Assembly: GCF_018350175.1 (NCBI RefSeq)
Contig: NC_058368.1
Span: forward strand, 72,046,001-72,110,000
Length of the DNA stretch: 64,000 nucleotides
Direction: 5' to 3'
Source: Felis catus
Taxonomy: Eukaryota
The notes under the pieces were generated by a model that worked only from the letters and a program-made list of their open reading frames with translations, had not been told where the DNA came from and did no database searches. A program made the position numbers and the translations under genes. Positions 1 through 64,000 of this stretch are shown here, piece by piece; within the stretch, counting starts at the first letter, position 1, and each line of letters begins with the position of its first letter.

Positions 1-56426
<56,426 letters not shown>

Positions 56427-56786
56427 TTATTAGTTTTGGAATGTGAAGGGCTAATATACTGACAAATCATTACATACATTATATAGAGAACAGTGTTAAA
56501 ACATCAAACATAATTTTTTTTTACTGACGCATCATTATATGAGTGATTCTATTCTTTAATTTTACCTTCTATTTTTACTTTTATTTGGGCAGAAATGCAA
56601 ACAAGCTTGTGGGGCCACACGTCACAACTATGGTGGTGATACATTGGCTGTGCTCATTAGTAATAATGACTTACATCTGAATAGGCTTTTCAGTATCCAG
56701 AGAATGTAGCATTGAGACAAATATTGGACTGCTTCTTGCTATCGTCCAGCAAACTGTTCTCTAATCCACTTTACACCTGTTTCAGG

Positions 56787-56818
56787 TTCTTTTATTTTTT
56801 TTAATGTTTATTTATTTT

Positions 56819-56855
<37 letters not shown>

Positions 56856-57030
56856 GCACAGAGTGTAAACAGGGGAGGTGCAGAGAGAGAGGGAGACACA
56901 GAATCCGAAGCAGGTTTCAGGCTCCAAGCTGTCAGCACGGAGCCTGACATGGGGCTCGAACCCATAAACTGTGAGATCAGGACCTGAACCAAAGTCAGAT
57001 GGTTAACTGACTGAGCCACCCAGGCATCCC
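56787..57030 (-). mobile_element. Can-SINE containing a (CA)n microsatellite at 56821-56850
   Basis: TSD cctgtttcagg. Confidence 0.92.
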
Positions 57031-57423
57031 CTGTTTCAGGGTCTTAGCCTGTGACTTGGTACTAATCTGAATGATGAGTTCAGGAGTTGCTTTGCCCACT
57101 GACATGGAGACAAATGAGATGAGCTTTCAAGGTTGCTTCCTAGTTGGCAATGATGAAATTATTCCAGGGAAAAGCACTAAGATAAACAAAATCCTGGAGG
57201 CTGCCTATAAACCAGAAGATTCCTCAAACTCAGCTCTGTCCTGCCTGATAGTTGCAGAAGTCAGAGGGGTGACAGGTGCACAGGAAACTCAAGTGGGCAA
57301 TCAGAGGGCAGAGAAAGAACAGGGAAGCATGCCAACCTAGGCAGATTCATAGTAACAAATAACTAGGAAGGGTAACTCCAATAGTTAGACCAGAGATAAC
57401 ACTTGGACAACGTCCTGCTCATC

Positions 57424-57650
57424 TTTTTTGTTTTTTTCCTTTTTAAACATTTATTTATTCTCAAGAGACAGAGAGAGACAGAGTGCGAGTGGGGGAGGGG
57501 CAGAGAGAGAGGGAGACACAGAATCCGAAGCAGGCTCCAGGCTCTGAGCTGTCAGCGCAGAACCGGACACGGGGCTCAAACCCACCAACTGTAAGATCAT
57601 GATCTGAGCTGAAGTCGGACAACCACCTGACTGAGCCACCCAGGTGTCCC
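57424..57650 (-). mobile_element. Can-SINE
   Basis: TSD acg(t/a)cct(g/a)ctcatctt. Confidence 0.93.
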
Positions 57651-59244
57651 ACGACCTACTCATCTTGATCAGTAGATCAGGTTAGATTTTCTAAGCACTT
57701 AGTATGATATTAGTGACTATTAGAGATACAGCTTACCCACAAATCAGAAGTGTTTACCTGAATCGAAAAGCCTAGTTACAAAGGCAAGGCTATGATGCAT
57801 GAGGTTACCAGTAAATAGTAGACAGTAAGGTGCTGGCTGCTGTGTCCAGCAGAAAAGATGAGAAGGCTGCACGACTTCGGGTGGGCACAAATAGCTGTAT
57901 CTGAAATAGCAAAGATGTCACTGAAGAAGTGGACACTGCACTAGGCCTTGAAGGATGGTTCAGATTTCCATAGCAAAGGAGGCTGTGAGCAAAGGACTGC
58001 AGTTGGAAATGCATGCGTGGGGCAAAGAGATCCAGCGCAGATGATATGCTTACGTGCTGAGCTCGGTGGAAGAAACACTGTAAGGCATACTGTGTTTCCA
58101 ACAGATTTGAGGGAGGAAAAAAAATGAGCAGGAGACAGAACAACTCTGTATCCAGTAAAAACAGACTGTCTAATTTCTTTTAAACAACATAGTGACTTCA
58201 GGTACAAAGTCACAGAGCTCCGTTCTACAACAAACAAGCCTATAAACAAATACTGTACTGTCGACCGACATGTCCATATGGCCACAGCTGGAGAGGAAGT
58301 GACAGGCACAAACTGGTCTTTTCAGCCACACCTGACAACCTAGATAACACCATATCCAGCAATATAATTTTTGTATTTCACAGCAGATCTGCAATAAAGG
58401 GAAAGATCATTGAACACATTGGCAATTTCCCTCATATGAAGAAAGATGGAGCACTCATATATTTTCAATAATGAAAAACTGAATTGTTTTTTTTTACTCA
58501 TCAGAACTCATGGAAGAATAAGTCAATGTACACACAAGGAAATAAGGGTGGATGCCACTTTTTTCAGAAGTTACATTTTTAGGGTAGTGCACGGAAGGCT
58601 GTTTACCATGATGGATCCTAAAACTTTCTTAAATCTCCTCCCCTCCCCTTGTGAGGTGACTTTGGGCATGGATTTAACCTCCTAGAGCTGACAGCCTATC
58701 TCCCAAGGAATGTTATTTAAGTCATTTGCAGAGACAGAAGGGTCTCATCATGGTGGTGCTTTTGCCCTTTGGTTCCTAAGCACACACACTGTCATGGGAA
58801 AGACCCAGGCTACGGAGGCCCCGAGACTGCAGGTTTGGGGAGAGGTCTGGACCCCACTCCCCTTATTTCATCTCTGAAGGACACTGACATGCCTTAGTCA
58901 TCTTTCCCTTAGTGAAGGTGATGGTCTGAATTCAGTCACCTACCTACTGCCCTGTAATTGAGCAGCTGACACTTAACACAGAGTTCTTCATGTTAGAAAA
59001 AAACCTTTGCAGAAACTGGGGATAATATTTATTATATTGATTCCAAAATTATTTCTGTGCCGTCTAAGATTGCTAAAGGGCTGCTGGATCTCCTTTGTCC
59101 TAAACCCGAACTAGTTAAAGTAAAATACACTATTAATCTGTATGAGGAACTTCGTGAGAACTGATTTTATAACAGCAGAGGTAGCAAAAGAATACTCTAA
59201 TAGAAGAACTTCAGATTCAGCCTCAGGATCTACTGATTGGCTGA

Positions 59245-59345
59245 TTTTTTAAGTAAGCTCTATGCCCAACATAGGGCTCAAACTCATGACCCCGAGATCA
59301 AGAGTCCCATGCTGCACCCACTGAGCCCGCCAGCCAGCCAGCCAG
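59245..59345 (-). mobile_element. Short older Can-SINE with (GCCA)n
   Basis: aagtaagctctatgcccaacatagggctcaaactcatgaccccgagatcaagagtc. Confidence 0.8.
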
Positions 59346-59972
59346 CTACCTCTAGCTTCAGGATGTTTTAAAAGAAGAAACATTGACATCTACATCTATC
59401 TGTCATCTATCTATACCTAAACATATATGATAGCCCAGATATGTATTTAGTTGTATATTTTAACGGTTCTTTTTTTCTAGTAAATAAAGAAAGCCTATAG
59501 TGATTATCTAGTACCCCTCCCCTTTTCGTTATTTCTGTAGTAGAGCTTTGCACATTTTTTTTTTTTTTTTCTGCAAAGGACACTGTCTGCTAGTCCCAAG
59601 TACTCAGAGCTATGCTGCTCTGCAGTGCCCTCTTCTGGCTCCAGAAGATACTGACAGTCACCTGAAATGATCAAAACAAGGAATACAGAAATCAATCAAT
59701 TTCAGGATAAGTAATTTTAGACCTGAAGTTTAAATTACAGGTAAGGCAGGTGCCAGTAAATGTTTCTTCTGGATGTAAACACATCAGACATGTAGGACTT
59801 AAAGGGAAGGGTATGGATGACATTACACGGAGTCTGCACTAAAGAAAATAAAAGATTAGTTGAAAAAGCCCTTTTTGGTGGTTTTCTTTTGTTTGTAAAT
59901 CTAATACATCCAACTCCAGAAGACAAACATTCTCTGACTGAATTATCAAAATACATTTAAACATTCAAACAA

Positions 59973-60190
59973 GAGACACCTGGGTGGCTCAGTCAGTTGA
60001 GTATCCAACTCTTGATTTCGGCTCAGGTCATGGTCTTAGGGTTTGTGAGTTCGAGCCCCACATTGGGCTCTGCACTGCACTGACGGTGTGGAGCCTGCTT
60101 GGGATTCTCTCTCTCTCCCTCTCTTTTTCTGCCCCTCTTGTGCACGCACTCTTTCTTTCTCTCAAAATAAATAAACTTAACAAAAATTAA
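59973..60190 (+). mobile_element. Can-SINE
   Basis: cctgggtggctcagtcagttgag head; tail; degenerate TSD. Confidence 0.91.
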
Positions 60191-60922
60191 ATGTTCAAGC
60201 AGCACAGAGATTTTTTTTGTCTTAAAATTTTAATTTAAAAGGTATTTTCAGAACTATGCACTTTAACGTGAAATTCAGGAGGTTCAAATTTGCAGTTATT
60301 TGTGGTTGAATAATTTGGAGCTGAAGGACACAGCAATGGATGGATCTCGCTGATTTTCTGGCAATTTCTTTAGCATCTTTTAATCTACAGGTACACCTCC
60401 TTCCTGCCACCCCCTCCCCCAACCATAGTTGAAGGACCGGGGGCATGTCACCTGGAGCTTCCAGGAGTGTGGATTTTCCCAAGTGCACATTCATGCCATA
60501 GTTCACATGCTCCTCTGTCTTCTATACCTCTTGCAAATTGGTAGTTGGACCCAGAGTCTCATCTGGCTCATACTTGATGGTTTTGGCAAGACCACAGGTG
60601 GTGGTGTAGCTTTTCATCAGAAGGCACACAATATCTGATTGTTCCTCTTTTTGTGATGTTAGTAGTATTGATGTCTATTGCTTAGATCATTGATTCATTC
60701 AGTTTCTAAAATTGACACTTCTTTCTCATTTATTAGTTGGAACACCTTTATAATGAAGTACTTCCTCTCATGCACTATTTGGTTACTCATTAGTACAGTT
60801 CATATGGAAAAGGCAAAGTAAATGTTGATTCTTTACCTTTACTTATTCATTTTTTATGTAATTAATTGGTTTTCTATCATCCTCTGAAGGTGACCAACTA
60901 GTTGTTTCAAAATGTCATTATT

Positions 60923-61152
60923 GGGGCACCTGGGTGGCTCCAAGTTGGTGGTTAAGCGTCCAACTTCGGCTCAGGTCATGATCTCGCAGTTTTTGAGTTC
61001 GAGCCCGCATCGGGCTCTGTGCTGACAGCTCAGAGCCTGGAGCCTGCCTCAGATTCTGTGTCTCCCTTTCCCTCTGCCCCTCCCCTGCTCATGCTCTGAC
61101 TCTCTCTGATTTTCAATAATAAATAATTAACATTTTTTTTAAATAAAAAAAT
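60923..61152 (+). mobile_element. Can-SINE
   Basis: TSD aaaatgtcattatt. Confidence 0.93.
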
Positions 61153-62239
61153 AAAAATGTCATTATTGACTTAAGGACTTAAATATATTTGGTTTCAATC
61201 CATTACAATCATTATCCTCATGTGAAGTCAAAGAGCATTGGGAGATTTTTCAAAATGGCTCATGGGTTCTTTTGGCCTGACTTTAGTAGTCTTTGTCTAA
61301 GCTTCCTTGTTATTAGTATGGCCAGATATCCCTAGCTCATCTTGTACATGCTTCCTATTTCAAATTACCATTTTTCTCCAAAAAGGCTTGGTTTATTTAT
61401 TGAGAAATGGGTTTCAAGAACACAATTTAGTGATACTCTTCGCTACTGAGTGGGTCACTGTTTCGAGTGCTTGGCCTGATTTTATTCTGATATTTTCTAT
61501 TTAAATTCAGGATTCTGCGCTTTTACCTAATCTCTTCCATATGACATCTGTATCTCTTCTGTTTCTGTACCCTCCCACCCCACATCAAAACTCTTGATTA
61601 TCAAATATACAGAGATAACAGACATTAGAGTATCTGCCAATTACTCATTATTTTTATTTCACATTTCATAGGCACTAGTCTTAGCATTACAATACCTATT
61701 CTAACACAATACAACTAATGGATATTTAAAAAATGCATACATTCTTCCCATTTTCCTCTCATTTGTACACTTGTACTATACTCATATCAGCAAAGCAAAT
61801 AGATATTGCATATTTTTCTCTTTATTTTAATCCTCATGTGGTCCTAGTTAGTCATACACAGTTTAAGAATGTTTGCCACCTGTTCTTATGTTAATGTCTT
61901 AGAGTCATTTTTGGAATTCATTTTGGTTGTTTGAAGCATTTTTTTTAGTAATTTCCTCAGGAAAGACTCATAGGAACAACACTACTTACATTCTTACATC
62001 TTAATAGTAGTTGTTTTCTTTTCTCCTTTAAACTTGAGAGGTGGTTTTCCTAGACATAAGAAAGCTGGATGACATATTCTTTTCCTGGGTATCCTATATA
62101 TGTGATTCTAATTTCTTCTGACATAAAACATTCCTGCCAAAAAGTCTGATGGTAATCAAATGTTCTTCCCTTTATAAGTCACTTATTCATTTTGAGCTGA
62201 TACCTATTTTTGTTTTATTTTATTATTATTATTATTATT

Positions 62240-62420
62240 GGTTTTAAGTTTCTATTTAAGTTCCAGTTAGTTAACATGTAGTGGAATATTGGTTTCAGAA
62301 GTAGAATTTAATAATCCATCACTTACATATAACACCCAGTGCTTATTACACCCTCCTTAATGCCCATCCCCTAACCACCTCCTCTCCAGTACCCCTTAGT
62401 TCTCTATAGTTAAGAGTGAT
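62240..62420 (-). mobile_element. Carnivore L1 3'-end fragment
   Basis: ttccagttagttaacat, gtttcagaagtagaattta, cacttacatataacacccagtgct. Confidence 0.8.
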
Positions 62421-62625
62421 ATATTAAAGATATATGTTAAACATACATATGTATATATAATTTTAAGTTATTACATTATATTATTATATTATAATTATAA
62501 TACTAATTATAATATAATGTTATAAAAATATATAATATATATAAATATATAATACATAAAAATATATAATTAATTATAATATAATAAAATAATATATTAA
62601 ATATATATGTATATATAATTTTTTA
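62420..62625. repeat. AT-rich low-complexity tract
   Basis: Almost all A/T, TATAA-type units. Confidence 0.9.
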
Positions 62626-62972
62626 AGTCCTGTAATTTGTCTGCAATATGTCTTATTTTTGGTCATTTGTTATTGATGTTTTCAGTTCCAATATATAGCT
62701 TCAAATCTTTTTACATTTCAGAAAAGTTTAATGCTGTTCTGTGCTATGGCTTTTGTTTTCTTCTTTCAGGATCTTTATAATACAGATCTGGGACCTTCAC
62801 TGAAATTCTTTGATTTGTCAGTTTCTTTCAAATCATTTTCATTTCTTTCTTCATTTCTTTTTGATGTCTTCAAATTTCCTCTTTTTTACTTTCTAGTTTT
62901 CTAAAGGCATCATCTGATGTATGTAATCACTTTATGTTCTGCCTAGTTTAGTCTTCATTGCTTTTACTAATA

Positions 62973-63305
62973 TAGTTGACCCTTGACCAATGCAGGGGTT
63001 AGGGGCACTGACACTCCATTCAGTTGAAAACACACACGTAGCCTTTGACTCCCCCCCAAACTTAACTGCTAACAGCCTACTGTTGACTGGACACCTTACC
63101 AATAACACAGTCAACTAACACATTATTTTGTATGCCATATGTATTATATACTGTATTATAACAATAAAGCAAGCTAGACAAAAGAAAATGTTATTAAAAG
63201 CATAAGGAAAATACATTTACAGATAGTACTGTGCTGCATTTATCAAAAAATCTGCATGTAAGTGGATGTGCACAGCTCAAATTCATATTGTTGAAGAGTC
63301 AACTG
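62973..63305. mobile_element. Tigger2a/MER28-like TcMar-Tigger non-autonomous element
   Basis: TIRs tagttgacccttga ... ttgaagagtcaactg with flanking TA; internal cttaactgctaacagcctactgttgac. Confidence 0.85.
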
Positions 63306-63391
63306 TACTTCTTTCCTGAATTCAAGCACCTTATGTATGAATTTCTTACTTTTGTTGCTATTCTAGTCTTATGTAATCTGTATGTCTTTTT

Positions 63392-63396
63392 AAATT

Positions 63397-63433
<37 letters not shown>

Positions 63434-63811
63434 ATTTACATCCAAGTTAGCATATAGTGCAATAATGATTTCAGGAGTATATTCCGGTAATTCATCCCCT
63501 ATGTATAACACCCAGTGCTCATCCCAACAAATGTCCTCCCTAATGCCCCTTACCTATTTAGCCCATCCCCCCAATAGCCCTTCCAACAACCCTAAGTTAG
63601 TTCTCTGTAACTAACAGTCTTTGAACTGTGAACAGTTGAACAGTCTTTTATGTTTTGTCCCCCTCCCTGCTTTTATATTATTTTTGCTTCCCTTCCCTTT
63701 TGTTCATCTGTTCTGTATCTTAAATTCCACATATGAGTGAAGTCATATGATATCTGTCTTTCTCTGATTGACTTATCTCGCTTAGCATGATACCCTCCAG
63801 TTCCATCCCCA
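63392..63811 (-). mobile_element. 5'-truncated carnivore/felid L1 3' end with (TTTA)n tail
   Basis: TSD-like tatgtctttt on both sides; aaattccacatatgagtgaagtcatatga, cttagcatgataccctccagttccatcc. Confidence 0.88.
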
Positions 63812-64000
63812 TATGTCTTTTAACTCATTTTCCCATATAATGCTACAGTTTGAGCCATTGGTAGGTAGGTCTTTAGGGTAAGTTTCACTCTATTGGGACA
63901 GTATTCTGCTCCTTATTCTTTGTCTCTTACAATTCTTGTAGGGAATTTGGCTGTGATAAATTTCCATTGCTCATGCTTACACACAGTTTTCCTGAACACC

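Larger units (their letters stand above)
60460..64000 (-). mobile_element. Old degraded L1 (L1MC/MD-like) hosting several later insertions; borders approximate
   Basis: T-rich L1-like tracts (gcactatttggttac, gtacagttcatatggaaaaggca, aaagtctgatggtaatc) continuing around the nested elements. Confidence 0.55.

Overview
Mammalian genomic DNA, most likely a felid (feliform-type Can-SINEs throughout). The window is an internal part of NALCN (sodium leak channel) on the minus strand. I read 22 coding exons between 56405 and 1. All have GT-AG borders and compatible phases, and they join into one open frame of 2307 nt (769 codons). By recalled human numbering this is about residues 707-1475, exons about 18-39: the DII-DIII linker, domains III and IV with the filter motifs SLKGW and TGEDW, and the start of the C-terminus. 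The gene runs off both ends of the window. Introns hold about 26 Can-SINEs, L1/L2/MIR fragments, solo LTRs, DNA-transposon relics and microsatellites. I found no evidence of a new gene system, RNA gene or CRISPR array. The best lead is an 87-nt, frame-preserving candidate cassette exon (44965-45051) in the 19-kb intron, which would add 29 aa to the DII-DIII linker. Other splicing oddities are a stop-free 96-nt intron, an exon starting with GTGAGT, and candidate recursive and poison sites. Exon numbers, human comparisons and repeat subfamily names are from memory, not from database searches.
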